Part shown: positions 1 through 9,780 of the stretch, piece by piece
Numbering within the stretch: the stretch's first letter is position 1
How the letters are laid out: each line of letters starts with the position of its first letter
Origin: Polyangiaceae bacterium
Lineage (GTDB): Bacteria; Myxococcota_A; Polyangia; Polyangiales; Polyangiaceae
Assembly: GCA_033763455.1 (NCBI GenBank)
Contig: JANRKO010000023.1
Span: 256,001 to 320,000, forward strand
DNA length: 64,000 nt
Direction of reading: 5' to 3'
Notes under the pieces: model-generated
The model's input: only the letters and a program-made list of their open reading frames with translations
Told to the model about the DNA's origin: nothing
The model's database searches: none
Program-made: the position numbers and the translations under genes

Positions 1-386
1 GAATCGCTGCTATCGAGGCCATGGAATCTCTGCGCGAACCGCAAGGAGTACCCACGCTTATCGCACTCCTCGAAGAGGAAGGCGAGGTAATCTCCCGATC
101 AGCACACCAGGCTCTCATCACGTTAACCCGGGAGGATTTAGGCACAGCGCCCGCGCCCTGGAAAACCTGGTGGAACGAAAATCGCACACGGCATCGAATA
201 GAATGGTTGATCGAAGCCCTCATGAGCGAATCAAGCAACCTTCGAAGTGCAGCTTCGGAGGAACTAAAGAGCCTCACTAAAGAATACTTCGGCTACTACG
301 AAGACCTGCCAAAACGGGAGCGCGCTCGCGCTCAGCAACGCTATCGTGAGTGGTGGGAGAGTCGCGGCAAAGCACGCTTCGACTGA
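1..386 (+). CDS. C-terminal part of a HEAT-repeat-like protein (5' truncated by window edge)
   Basis: The frame is open from base 3. It has repeated helical motifs (LIALLEEE...AHQALITLTREDLG...WKTWW; LIEALMSE...ASEELKSLTKEYFG...YREWW). Confidence 0.6.
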   Translation, partial: IAAIEAMESLREPQGVPTLIALLEEEGEVISRSAHQALITLTREDLGTAPAPWKTWWNENRTRHRIEWLIEALMSESSNLRSAASEELKSLTKEYFGYYEDLPKRERARAQQRYREWWESRGKARFD

Positions 387-459
387 GCCTGCTACGCGCA
401 AAAGTGTGGGCCAATGCCCCCTGGACAGCCGTCCTTGGGCCATGCGATGACTGGGCCGG

Positions 460-660
460 ATGGCAGAGCCGGAGTCAGTCGATGCTGCGTTGCGCGAGGC
501 GAACCAAGCGCTATCGGGCCGGCGTTTGAACGAAGCCAGTCGCTTTGCCTCGATCGAACTTCGTGCCAAAGACCCGCAGAACCGCGGTTGGGTGGCACTA
601 GCGGTCGTGTGCGTGGCTCTATTGGCTTTGTCACTCGTGCTCGGCGCTTGGTTCCTCTAG
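460..660 (+). CDS. small membrane protein, hypothetical
   Basis: 66-aa ORF with a C-terminal hydrophobic helix (GWVALAVVCVALLALSLVLGAWFL). It fills the gap between two co-directional genes. Confidence 0.55.
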   Translation: MAEPESVDAALREANQALSGRRLNEASRFASIELRAKDPQNRGWVALAVVCVALLALSLVLGAWFL

Positions 661-790
661 CGAACCAAGCGGTGTGGCTTGTGTGGGGGTGAGGCTGACC
701 ACAGAACCACCCCTCCCACCTATTTTCATCCCGTGAAATCAGGCGCCATCGAGGGCTCAAATAAGTGCGGCCCGAGCCGTTGATCACCTC

Positions 791-2149
791 ATGCCGAGGC
801 GTCTTCTTTCGTTGATGTTTTTCGCCATGTCGTGGCTCGGGCTCAGTCGAGCCTATGGGGCAGCGGAGCTGCGCGCGGACGCGCTTGGTGTGGTTCGAAC
901 CGGGCCTTTACCTGGCACGTTTCAGGTGGCTCCCGGAGTTAACCTAAACCTTGGCAGCAACACGGTAGCTAGGGTGTTCACACATCCCCAAGATTTGCCC
1001 CTGCTTCGGGGGCCCCTCACCAAGACATGGACCGTGATTGCCAACGCAGGCCGAGTGGACGTGGAGATCGCCAAAGGGCAACGCCGTGCGGTAATGATTC
1101 ACGATGCCCTCCGCCGGGGAGGTATCTGCATGGGTGGGCGCTTGGTGATTGGCACCAGGGAAGGCCGTACGTCAGCGGCCAACATCGATGGCACGTCCGT
1201 AGCGATCTCGGAAGGGCGGATCTCGGATCTACCCGAAGGCACGGTCGTAGATTACTCTGATGGCGACGCAGCACCGGCGCGGCGCGTATTGGAACGTGCG
1301 AAAACCCCGACCTTTCAGAGCAAACTGTGGTTAGCCCCGGGAGGCACCGCCAAGATATCTGGCATTTCGGTAGCCAAAGTTGCTGGGGCCACGCACTACG
1401 AGTTGACCATACGCCCTATCGAAACTCCAGGCGAACCGCTGCGCGTAGAGACCGATGACCCTGCGCTCGGTTTCTTCTTCGAGTTGCCGCCTGGCGTTTA
1501 TGCCGCCAGCCTGCGAACGGTAAGCGCACTGGGGATCCCCTCTGGCGCGTCGCCGGAGGCGTCAATTCGAGTAATTGGGGTGACGCTCCCCAGAAACGCA
1601 AAGGTCGATGCGCTCGGTAGAATCCACTTGGCGGATTCAGAAACCGTGCAGTTCACCCATGCGGAAGGACTGCAGATAACCGCGACCGGGCTGAAGCGCT
1701 CACGTGCTGCTTCGGTACCCATCGGACTTTCCAACCACCAACGCACCGCAGTTCTCTTGCACAAGCCGGGCTCACTCGATTCGGCCTTAGCTTTGCTTAT
1801 CCCCACCAAGCTAAGCGCCGAGGTATTCGCGGGGCCGAAACTCGCCACTTGGCCTGCTGATCCTATTCAAATCGAAATTCAGCTCCGCGGTGACGCGGAA
1901 CGGCCGGCTCTGAGCTCCCTGATCTCCACCGTCACCCTAGGTCGACAGCCCATCCAAGTAGCCTGGCGCCAAGTGGGCGACCGGCTGATCGGGACTGTTT
2001 CCCCACAAGAACTGACTCAGCCTGATGTCTTACGCGTTCAGGTTACCGACGAGCGCGGCGTGCCGCTCGGTCGAGATTTTGTGGAACTTATTGCCACCCC
2101 ACGCCCAAAACGCGGAAACTCCCCCCCGCTCAGCGTCGCGGTGCGCTGA
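791..2149 (+). CDS. secreted hypothetical protein (beta-rich; possibly FecR-like N-terminus plus Ig/Fn3-like domains)
   Basis: 452-aa ORF with a signal peptide (MPRRLLSLMFFAMSWLGLSRAYG). The domain guess is weak. Confidence 0.55.
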   Translation: MPRRLLSLMFFAMSWLGLSRAYGAAELRADALGVVRTGPLPGTFQVAPGVNLNLGSNTVARVFTHPQDLPLLRGPLTKTWTVIANAGRVDVEIAKGQRRAVMIHDALRRGGICMGGRLVIGTREGRTSAANIDGTSVAISEGRISDLPEGTVVDYSDGDAAPARRVLERAKTPTFQSKLWLAPGGTAKISGISVAKVAGATHYELTIRPIETPGEPLRVETDDPALGFFFELPPGVYAASLRTVSALGIPSGASPEASIRVIGVTLPRNAKVDALGRIHLADSETVQFTHAEGLQITATGLKRSRAASVPIGLSNHQRTAVLLHKPGSLDSALALLIPTKLSAEVFAGPKLATWPADPIQIEIQLRGDAERPALSSLISTVTLGRQPIQVAWRQVGDRLIGTVSPQELTQPDVLRVQVTDERGVPLGRDFVELIATPRPKRGNSPPLSVAVR

Positions 2150-2150
2150 T

Positions 2151-2669
2151 TTATTGCCCCTTCTTGCCTTTGGCGCCGGCCTCAGGCTCCTGCTTTCGCA
2201 GATCCACTTCCCAACTCACCGTGTGTTCGTCACCGACGAACGCCGGCACGATCACGGCGGACAACGCGCGCAATACGCATTTACCGACGGGTGTTTCGGC
2301 GTATGGCGGATCGATCGTCGCAGTTTTGGCGTGCCCTGCGTTTGCAAAAATCAGCGTTACTTTGGCGACCCCGCGTTCGACCTTAGCTTGCTCTTCAACG
2401 GGGAGAGCTTCGGGGCACGTTTGTGCGGAACGAGTGGCACGCTTCAGCTCCAGCTCGGCGTGAGATTGGTCCCACTTGGCGTTCTCCTCCGTGTCCGTCT
2501 CCTCGTCGGCATCCATGCGGTCGTCCCCGCGAGCCGCTTTGGCTTTCGCTTGTTCGTCCGCGAGGCGCTCCTGTTCGGCTACGTACTCATCCGGCGTACG
2601 AATGCCCGACTCCTGAGCAGCACACGCCATAAAACCAAGACCCAAGATCAATAATGCTGAGCGACGCAT
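2151..2669 (-). CDS. lipoprotein with TonB-C/AgmX-PglI-like C-terminal domain
   Basis: Lipobox FMAC. The C-terminal pattern (VTLIFANAGHAKTATIDPPYAETPVGKCVLRAL..VIVPAF) is typical of myxobacterial TonB_C-like domains. Confidence 0.6.
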   Translation of the reverse strand: MRRSALLILGLGFMACAAQESGIRTPDEYVAEQERLADEQAKAKAARGDDRMDADEETDTEENAKWDQSHAELELKRATRSAQTCPEALPVEEQAKVERGVAKVTLIFANAGHAKTATIDPPYAETPVGKCVLRALSAVIVPAFVGDEHTVSWEVDLRKQEPEAGAKGKKGQ

Positions 2670-2741
2670 GGGCGGGATACTAGCCTGGACGACCCGCGGA
2701 TTGAAGCCGGTTCTTGAGCCACTGCTAGCAACAAGCTGGCT

Positions 2742-4106
2742 TCAAAGATCCGTGATCAGATAATCTTTGATTTTATAGAGCAGCGCCCGATGGCTGATTT
2801 CCAGCACTTCGGCCGCGCGGGTACGGTTCCCCCGGGTCTTCTGGAGAGCCCGACGGATCAGGATCTCCTCCACAATCCGCATGGTCCGCTTAACGCTGAG
2901 CTCGCCGCTCTGTAGGTGGACTTGGACCGGGTCCCGGGCCTCGCGGATGCGCTCAGGCAAGTCCGTCGCAAAAATGCGATCTGACTCCGCCAATACCATC
3001 GCTCGCTCAATCGTATTTTCGAGTTCGCGCACATTGCCTGGCCACGAGTATTCGTAGAGCAACCGGCGAGTCTCCGTGTCGAGCCCTTGCACATTGGTCC
3101 CAAGCCGTTTGTTGTTGCGGGCTACAAAATGATTGATGAGGAGCGGAATGTCCTCACGCCGATCGCGTAGCGGCGGCACCAGGATTGGCAACACGTTGAG
3201 GCGATAGAAGAGGTCTTCTCGAAAGCGACCCGCCTTGGCCTCCAGCTGCAAATCTCGATGCGTGGCCGCAATGATGCGCACGTCCACTTGAAGGTCGCGC
3301 GTTTCCCCCACCCTGCGGATTTTTTCGTCCTCTAGCACGCGCAGCAACTTCACCTGCAACGCTAAGGGCAGTTCGCCAATTTCATCCAGAAATAACGTGC
3401 CCTTATCCGCTTCTTCGAACAGGCCCCGGCGATCCGAAATAGCGTCGGTGAAAGAGCCGCGCTTGTGCCCAAAAAGCTCACTTTCCAGCAAATTTTCGGG
3501 GATGGCGCCGCAATTTACCACCACGAAAGGCTCAGCGCGTCGACTGCTCTGCCGATGGACCGCCCGAGCCACAAGTTCTTTACCAACGCCGCTCTCCCCG
3601 TTGATGAGGACGGTAGTCTTGTAATCGGCGATCTTGGCAATGGTGCGGAAGATGGTCTGCATGCTCGGGCTCTTGGCCACGAAATCTTCGAACTTGTGCT
3701 CCTTTAGCACTTCATCCTTCAGTGCTCTGTTCTCACGGCGCAGCTGCTCGCGTTCCTCCGCCTTCAACAACGTGAGCACCACTTCGTCTTGCCGGAAGGG
3801 CTTCTGAATGTAGTCGTAAGCGCCGGCCTTCATGGCTTCGATCGCGAGATCGGTGTTGCCGTAGGCACTCATCACGATAACAGTGGCCTCATTTCCCTTG
3901 GCGCGTAGTGTGGAAAGCAGATCTAGGCCGCCCATTTTAGGCATCCGGACGTCGGTTAATACGAAGTCAGGGCCAAAGCTCTCCACCAAGCTGAGCGCCT
4001 CTTCACCACTTGCGGCCGTCTCGACCTGGTAACCTTGGCGGGTGAGCAACGTACGCAGGACAAGCCTGAGGTTCTCTTCGTCATCAACTACAAGGATTCG
4101 CTTCAC
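2742..4106 (-). CDS. sigma-54-dependent response regulator (NtrC/AtoC family: REC-AAA+-Fis HTH)
   Basis: Receiver motifs VVDDE, TDVRMP and KPF; Walker A GESGVGKE; ESELFGHKRGSFTDA (GAFTGA variant); FLDEIGE; WPGNVREL; Fis-type HTH. Confidence 0.95.
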   Translation of the reverse strand: MKRILVVDDEENLRLVLRTLLTRQGYQVETAASGEEALSLVESFGPDFVLTDVRMPKMGGLDLLSTLRAKGNEATVIVMSAYGNTDLAIEAMKAGAYDYIQKPFRQDEVVLTLLKAEEREQLRRENRALKDEVLKEHKFEDFVAKSPSMQTIFRTIAKIADYKTTVLINGESGVGKELVARAVHRQSSRRAEPFVVVNCGAIPENLLESELFGHKRGSFTDAISDRRGLFEEADKGTLFLDEIGELPLALQVKLLRVLEDEKIRRVGETRDLQVDVRIIAATHRDLQLEAKAGRFREDLFYRLNVLPILVPPLRDRREDIPLLINHFVARNNKRLGTNVQGLDTETRRLLYEYSWPGNVRELENTIERAMVLAESDRIFATDLPERIREARDPVQVHLQSGELSVKRTMRIVEEILIRRALQKTRGNRTRAAEVLEISHRALLYKIKDYLITDL

Positions 4107-4228
4107 TACGCAAAAAGGTTAGGCGCCATGGTCAAGGTGCGCAAGAAGTACGCACCCAGCGGGTGGCGGCGGGGTGCGCGAAGTTCGGGATTCCTGCAGG
4201 CGCTCCTTCCTGATAGGCCTACAAAACT

Positions 4229-5443
4229 ATGCTTTGTGGATTAGACCAGTTGTTTTCGGGAGAGCTCGGAGCGGTGCGCAAACGGTTGCGGGGCGCCCGC
4301 GTGGGGCTTGTCACTCACGCGGCGGCCGTAGATAGAAGCGGGCGCGACGCCATCGCCACCTTGGAGGAATTGGGCGCAGGGCCCGCGATCGTGTTCACGC
4401 CTGAGCACGGTTTTTTCCCAAAACATCAGGCGCAGGAAGCCGTACCGGCAGGTCCACCGGCTGCTGAAGCGGCGCGCTTTGTCAGCCTGTACGGCACTAC
4501 CAAAGATTCTCTCAGCCCGAACCCGAGTGATCTCGAGGGGCTCGATTTGCTGGTGATCGATCTGTGTGATGTTGGCAGCCGCTACTACACGTATGTGTGG
4601 ACGGCGTTGCTTGCCGCACGCGCGGCCGTGGCGCTGGGTATCCACACGCTGATTTTGGATCGCCCCAATCCCATCAGTGGGGCAGCACCCATTGTCGAAG
4701 GCAAAGCGCAGCAAGCGGAATTTTTGTCGTTCGTGGGCCTAGAGCCACTGCCCATCCGGCACGGCCTAACGCTCGGTGAGCTTTTGTGTCTGTACCTTGA
4801 GCGCGACGGTGTTGCACTCGGCCCAGAAGGAGCCGTTTCCGTGGTACCCGTGCGTGGCTGGGAGCGCCATCAAACGGCGAGTGCTTGGAACCGCCCATTT
4901 TCGCCGCCTTCGCCGAACATGCCGACTGTGGAAACGGCTCTTGTTTACCCTGGCGCTTGCCTACTTGAGGGCACCAATCTCTCCGAAGGGCGTGGCACAA
5001 CCTTGCCGTTTCAGATGGTGGGCGCGCCTTTCCTCGACGCCAAAAAGCTTGCCACCGAACTGCGTGAGCTTGGCACCCCGGGCGCCCAAGTCCGGCCCAT
5101 TCAATTCCAACCAACCTTTGATAAACACGCCGGGAAAGTGTGCCAGGGGGTGCTCGTTCAGGTAACCAATTGGCGCCTGTTCCGCCCTGTAGCCTGTTAC
5201 CTTTCGCTCATAGCGTTGGCCAAAGGCCATGCGCCGGACGACTTCCAGTTCTCAACTGGAGCGTATGAGTTCGAAACGGATCGCCCCGCATTCGATCTGC
5301 TCACTGGGTCGGATGTGGTGCGAAGGGCGTTGCTTGACAACGCCACACCTGCGGACCTGCAGGATCTGCTCTGCCCTGTGGATCCTGGATGGGCTGAAAC
5401 GATGCTCGAGGCCGAGAGCCGCGTAGAAAAGGCGCGTGCATAG
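4229..5443 (+). CDS. DUF1343 family exo-beta-N-acetylmuramidase NamZ-like protein
   Basis: Motifs FTPEHG, SLYG, DVGSRYYTY, LDRPNP, RHGLTLGEL, PSPNMP and EGTNLSEGRGT. Confidence 0.9.
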   Translation: MLCGLDQLFSGELGAVRKRLRGARVGLVTHAAAVDRSGRDAIATLEELGAGPAIVFTPEHGFFPKHQAQEAVPAGPPAAEAARFVSLYGTTKDSLSPNPSDLEGLDLLVIDLCDVGSRYYTYVWTALLAARAAVALGIHTLILDRPNPISGAAPIVEGKAQQAEFLSFVGLEPLPIRHGLTLGELLCLYLERDGVALGPEGAVSVVPVRGWERHQTASAWNRPFSPPSPNMPTVETALVYPGACLLEGTNLSEGRGTTLPFQMVGAPFLDAKKLATELRELGTPGAQVRPIQFQPTFDKHAGKVCQGVLVQVTNWRLFRPVACYLSLIALAKGHAPDDFQFSTGAYEFETDRPAFDLLTGSDVVRRALLDNATPADLQDLLCPVDPGWAETMLEAESRVEKARA

Positions 5444-5444
5444 G

Positions 5445-6401
5445 ATGTCGTTTAGGGCACGCATGCAAGTTCCGGATCTGGGCGTGGGCGTGGGCTTGCG
5501 CGTGCCCCACTATGCGGAGATCCTCAAACACCGACCGCGCGTGGATTTCTTCGAAATCATCAGCGAAAATTTCATGGGGGCCGGCGGCAAGCCACGCTTC
5601 CACTTAGAGCAAGTGCTGGAGACATACCGCGTAATTCAGCACGGTGTGTCTCTGAGCATCGGTGGCCCAGATGAGCCCGATCGCGATTACCTTCAACAAC
5701 TAAAAGAGCTCGTACGCAAGGTGAAGCCAGCGTGGCTAAGCGATCACTTCTGCTGGTGCGATGCCGGCGGGGCGCATCTGCATGATCTTTTGCCGCTTCC
5801 CTATACCGATGCCGCTGTCCGTCGCGTAGCCCGGCGTGCGAAGATGGTTCAGGATTTCTTGGAAGTGCCTTTTGCCCTGGAAAATACCTCAAGCTACCTC
5901 ACCTACACGGCCAGTGGGATGAGTGAATGGCAGTTCGTATCAGAGGTGGTGGAGCGCGCTGATATTGGGCTCATGTTCGACGTCAACAACGTCTATGTGT
6001 CGGCGTTCAACCACGGCTTCGATGCGTTCGAATTTGTGCGCCAGGTGCCGCACGATCGCATCGTGCAGATCCACCTTGCGGGCCACACACGCCTCGAAAC
6101 GCACATCATTGATACTCACAATGGGCACGCTATCGAAGAAGTGCTCGATTTATACCGAGAAACGATCCGCCTGGCGGGGCCCGTCTCCACGCTGATTGAG
6201 TGGGACGACGACATCCCGGAGCTCAGGGTGTTGCTCGCTGAAGCTGAGAGGGCTCGCGCGGTGCGCGAACAAGGGCTCGCCCAAAGAGCTGGAACCGCTG
6301 CGCTCACGCCGATGCACGCGCCCACCCAGGCTCACATCGATCACCAAACCGGTCCGTGGCGGCAAGGGGGCCCTCGAGAATCCGCGGGGCAAGAGCTGTG
6401 A
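5445..6401 (+). CDS. DUF692 family multinuclear non-heme iron-dependent oxidative enzyme (MNIO; MbnB/TglH/BufB-like)
   Basis: Motifs GVGLRVPH, FFEIISENF, HGVSLSIG, SDHFCW, HDLLPLP, LENT, DVNNVYVS, IHLAGH, DTH and EWD. The ATG at 5445 is chosen over the GTG at 5436; 5463 is also possible. Confidence 0.92.
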   Translation: MSFRARMQVPDLGVGVGLRVPHYAEILKHRPRVDFFEIISENFMGAGGKPRFHLEQVLETYRVIQHGVSLSIGGPDEPDRDYLQQLKELVRKVKPAWLSDHFCWCDAGGAHLHDLLPLPYTDAAVRRVARRAKMVQDFLEVPFALENTSSYLTYTASGMSEWQFVSEVVERADIGLMFDVNNVYVSAFNHGFDAFEFVRQVPHDRIVQIHLAGHTRLETHIIDTHNGHAIEEVLDLYRETIRLAGPVSTLIEWDDDIPELRVLLAEAERARAVREQGLAQRAGTAALTPMHAPTQAHIDHQTGPWRQGGPRESAGQEL

Positions 6402-7309
6402 ACGAGGCCTCCAACCAAACCGCAAGCCTGCAGGCCGCGAACGAAGCGTCCAAACAAGCGGGCGACGGAGCTCCTAGCCAGGGCGAAACGGATTCCGAGA
6501 GCGCCCTCACCGAGCTTCAACTCTGGATGAGCCAACTATTGCGGAAAGGCAAAAGCCTGGATAAAGACCCGCAAATTATCGCGGAAGCCGCCGCGCGCAT
6601 CGGAAGAAACCCACGGCTTTTGCCGGTGGATCAAGTAGAGATCTACCGGGAGCAATTTTGGTTGCGCCATACTGGCTCACTCTTGGAAGACTTTCCGGGG
6701 CTCGCTGGCATCTTAGGTCAACAAGATTGGGACCGCTTGGTTCAGGGGTACTTGGAAGCCGTCGTGCCCACGAGCTTCACGCTCCGAGATTTGGGACGCG
6801 AGCTGCCCGAATTTGCAAAAACCTGTGACTGGCTCCCACACCAACAGCTTTGCGTGGATATGGCTCGGCTCGAATGGGCCTACATGGAGCTATTTGACGC
6901 CCCGGATGCTGAGCCGCTGCAGGCTCACAAGCTCGCACAAGTTCCGCCCGAAGCGTGGGAACATGCCCACATAGTGCTCAGCCCAGCCGTGCGCTTGCTT
7001 CACGTGAGCTACCCAGTTGCCAGCCTCAGGCGTCGCCTACGCGAGGCCGGCGACAACGAATCTGTACCGATCCCTGAGGCAAAGGAGGCGCACTTGGCGC
7101 TGTACCGGGGCGAGAACCTGGGCCTGTTCTATCGGGAAATTTCTCGAGGCGCTTTCGCCCTGCTTACCGCAGCAAGTTCCGGTCTGCCCGTGGTGGCAGC
7201 GGCCGAGCAAGCCATGGCAGAAGTGCCGGATGAGCCTATTTTCCAGTCTCTCGGAGGGTGGTTCCGCGAGTGGGGCGAGCTTCGGTGGATTGTGGATATT
7301 ATCTATTGA
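6398..7309 (+). CDS. DUF2063 family MNIO partner protein (HvfC/BufC-like)
   Basis: Motifs QVEIYREQFWLR, LLEDFP, LRDLGRELPEF and DMARLEWA. The GTG start overlaps the DUF692 TGA (GTGA). Confidence 0.85.
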   Translation: MNEASNQTASLQAANEASKQAGDGAPSQGETDSESALTELQLWMSQLLRKGKSLDKDPQIIAEAAARIGRNPRLLPVDQVEIYREQFWLRHTGSLLEDFPGLAGILGQQDWDRLVQGYLEAVVPTSFTLRDLGRELPEFAKTCDWLPHQQLCVDMARLEWAYMELFDAPDAEPLQAHKLAQVPPEAWEHAHIVLSPAVRLLHVSYPVASLRRRLREAGDNESVPIPEAKEAHLALYRGENLGLFYREISRGAFALLTAASSGLPVVAAAEQAMAEVPDEPIFQSLGGWFREWGELRWIVDIIY

Positions 7310-7419
7310 GACCTCCTGTAAGTCGCTGCCGCCCGCACGACTCTTAGCGAGATGGAAGGCGAGTCCAGCCCATGCGGGAACCCAAGGGGCAGTGCCCCGA
7401 TCCCCCTTCACGCTGCGTG

Positions 7420-7447
7420 GGAGATACTTAGCATGCTAAGATTCTCC
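7420..7447. repeat. intergenic palindrome, copy 1 of the AGATACTTAGCATGCTAAGTATCT family
   Basis: GGAGATACTTAGCATGCTAAGATTCTCC; near-perfect inverted repeat. Confidence 0.8.
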
Positions 7448-7643
7448 GCGAGCGCGCGAAGGGCCCCAGGGCTCCCTTGAACCCACGGTCCCCACGTCGC
7501 CCCCGCTGGAGCGCGAAGCGCCCAGCTTGGGGGAGACCGTCTGTGCGAAACGCGCTTCGCGTGAGCACGACGAGCGGGGGCAACACCTGCGAAACCGTGC
7601 GAAACGGGTTGTTTATGGGCTCAGATCTTGCTAGGGCCCGAGG

Positions 7644-8510
7644 GTGGGGTTGCTCGAAGTTCTCAGAAAAGCACGAGAAAAACGGGGTGCAGCAATCATG
7701 GCTGTGCTCAACGTCACGCCTGATTCGTTCTCGGACGGAGGCCTCTACGTGGAACCGGCCACGGCTGAGCGGCGCATTGAGGAGCTACTCAATCAGGGAG
7801 CTGACATCATTGATGTGGGTGGAGAGTCCACGCGTCCCCGTGCGCTTCCGGTACCAGCAACCGAACAATTGCGCCGAATCCTGCCGGCAGTAAGGCACGC
7901 AGCTGGCCTGGGTGCCGTTGTTTCTGTTGATACGGCCAGCGCCGAGGTGGCCCGTGCGGTGATGGGAGAAGGGGCTCAGCTCATCAACGATGTCTCTTGC
8001 CTGGAAGAGCCCACGCTTGCTGCCGTCGTGGCCGCGCACCAGGGCTGGCTTGTGCTCATGCATTCTCGGGGATCGCTCGCCCAGCGACAAATGGCTGGTT
8101 TCTCCGCCTACCCCGAAGACGCGTACGACGACATTGTGGCGCGGGTGACGTTTGAATGGAGCCAAGCACGCGAACAGGCGCAAGCTGTGGGGCTCAGCGC
8201 GTCGCAGCTGTTTTTCGATCCAGGCCTCGGCTTCGCGAAAAGTGCGCGTCATTCCTGGGAAATTCTGACACGATTGAGGGAATTCCAGACCCTCGGGGTT
8301 CCCATCGTGACAGGTCCCAGCCGAAAATCTTTCATTGCAGCGCTGGATGCTTCCGCACCGGCGGAGCGCCTTGGTGGGACGATTGCGTGCTCCATCCTTA
8401 GCGCCCAGCGGGGAGCCTCGGTCGTGCGTGTTCACGATGTACAGCCCGTGGCTCAAGCGTTCGCGGCTATGCGCCAGGCAGATCCCAATTTTGGGGGTGT
8501 CGGTGTTTGA
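7644..8510 (+). CDS. folP: dihydropteroate synthase
   Basis: Motifs MAVLNVTPDSFSDGG, DVGGESTRP, SVDT, INDVS, DPGLGFAK, SRKSF and RVHDV. The start may instead be the ATG at 7698. Confidence 0.95.
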   Translation: MGLLEVLRKAREKRGAAIMAVLNVTPDSFSDGGLYVEPATAERRIEELLNQGADIIDVGGESTRPRALPVPATEQLRRILPAVRHAAGLGAVVSVDTASAEVARAVMGEGAQLINDVSCLEEPTLAAVVAAHQGWLVLMHSRGSLAQRQMAGFSAYPEDAYDDIVARVTFEWSQAREQAQAVGLSASQLFFDPGLGFAKSARHSWEILTRLREFQTLGVPIVTGPSRKSFIAALDASAPAERLGGTIACSILSAQRGASVVRVHDVQPVAQAFAAMRQADPNFGGVGV

Positions 8511-9780
8511 TAGCCTGCTTTTGTATTTTGCCGGGCGATCGCTGTTGCAGCTGGCGCGCGACGCGTTTGATATTCTTACGGTAGCGGCACTCAGCTACGC
8601 CGTGCTCTTAGTGTTGCGCGGCACACGTGCCATGCAGGTGGGCTTGGGGCTCGCGCTCGTCTTCCTTGTGTACGTGGTGGCCGAGTGGCTCCACCTGCTC
8701 ACTTTGTTGAGCGTGATGGGTTCGCTCGTTTCTAACATTATTCTGGTAATCGTAGTGGTTTTCCAGAGTGATATACGACGCGGCTTACAGCGCGTAGGCA
8801 GTAGCGCCTGGCTGAGCTTTTCGCGCACGCAGGAGTCTCAGGTTATCGACGAGGTGGTAGAAGCGGCAACGGAGCTCGCTCGCCACAGGATCGGCGCCAT
8901 CATTACCTTTGAGCAAGACGCTAATCTGGATGAGTTTGTTGGCGCCCACAAGGGGCAAATCTTGGATGCAAAGGTGTCGAGTGAGCTCTTGGTAGCCCTG
9001 TTTGTGCCCGAAGGCCTGAACAAGCTGCACGACGGCGCCGTGATTATTCGGAACCTGCGCATCGCAAAAGCCGGGGTTTTCTTCCCCATGCCAGAGCGTT
9101 CCCTCGATAGCAGCTTTGGCTCCCGCCACCGCGCTGCTCTTGGAATTACCGAAGAAACGGATGCCGTGGTGGTGATCGTGAGTGAGGAGCGCGGCACGAT
9201 CAGCTTCTGCTTCAACGGCAACATTGCCTCGAATTTGGACGGCGGGAAGCTGCGTTCAATGCTCGAAGCCATCTTCAATCCCAAGGTTCGCAAGAAGAGC
9301 CGACGCGCAGCGTCTTCTCGCCGCACCCTCTTGCCGCAACCCGTGGTAACGCTCGGAGCGAGCGATGACTCGCCGCCCACCACACGGCCCGCTGATCGCA
9401 CAAGTGGCTTTCCACCGCCGCTTGGGGCCAAGCAGAGCCCCGAGTCAGTAGCGCCTTCGTCGCTGCTGGAGCTTGAGGGCCCGCAGTCCTTGAAGCGCCG
9501 TAGCGATTCGCAGGCTCCACCGCGGAGAAACTCCGACGCTGACATTGGGCGTACAACATTGCTCGAAGCGCCGTCTCTAAAAAGGCCCGCGAAAAAGCGT
9601 GAAGGGCAGGGCAAAAAGCCTGCTTCAAGCTCCACAACGCATTCCGACGCGCCGGACATGAGCACTCTTCTCACAGAATCACATCCCATGCCGCGCGTGG
9701 AGATCCCCGATCGCATCACGCCCCTGCGAGACACTCGCGATAGCATTCCCCCCGCGACCAAACCAGGTGACGAAGGATGA
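8503..9780 (+). CDS. cdaA: diadenylate cyclase CdaA/DacA with a long low-complexity C-terminal tail
   Basis: N-terminal TM helices, FQSDIRRGL, catalytic HDGA and GSRHRAA motifs, and VSEERG. The GTG at 8503 overlaps the folP end; cdaR follows. Confidence 0.9.
   Translation: MFDSLLLYFAGRSLLQLARDAFDILTVAALSYAVLLVLRGTRAMQVGLGLALVFLVYVVAEWLHLLTLLSVMGSLVSNIILVIVVVFQSDIRRGLQRVGSSAWLSFSRTQESQVIDEVVEAATELARHRIGAIITFEQDANLDEFVGAHKGQILDAKVSSELLVALFVPEGLNKLHDGAVIIRNLRIAKAGVFFPMPERSLDSSFGSRHRAALGITEETDAVVVIVSEERGTISFCFNGNIASNLDGGKLRSMLEAIFNPKVRKKSRRAASSRRTLLPQPVVTLGASDDSPPTTRPADRTSGFPPPLGAKQSPESVAPSSLLELEGPQSLKRRSDSQAPPRRNSDADIGRTTLLEAPSLKRPAKKREGQGKKPASSSTTHSDAPDMSTLLTESHPMPRVEIPDRITPLRDTRDSIPPATKPGDEG

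Noticed and set aside
7352..7480. 42-aa ORF downstream of DUF2063 as the MNIO precursor peptide
   Set aside because: It has one Cys, no signal peptide or repeated Cys motif and no clear RBS, and it runs through the palindromic repeat.
8335..8502. Extended N-termini given by the ORF track for cdaA (and likewise gap, pgk, secG, the aquaporin, arsC and CNNM)
   Set aside because: They overlap upstream genes or lack homology-like sequence; downstream starts with an RBS or stop-start coupling fit better.
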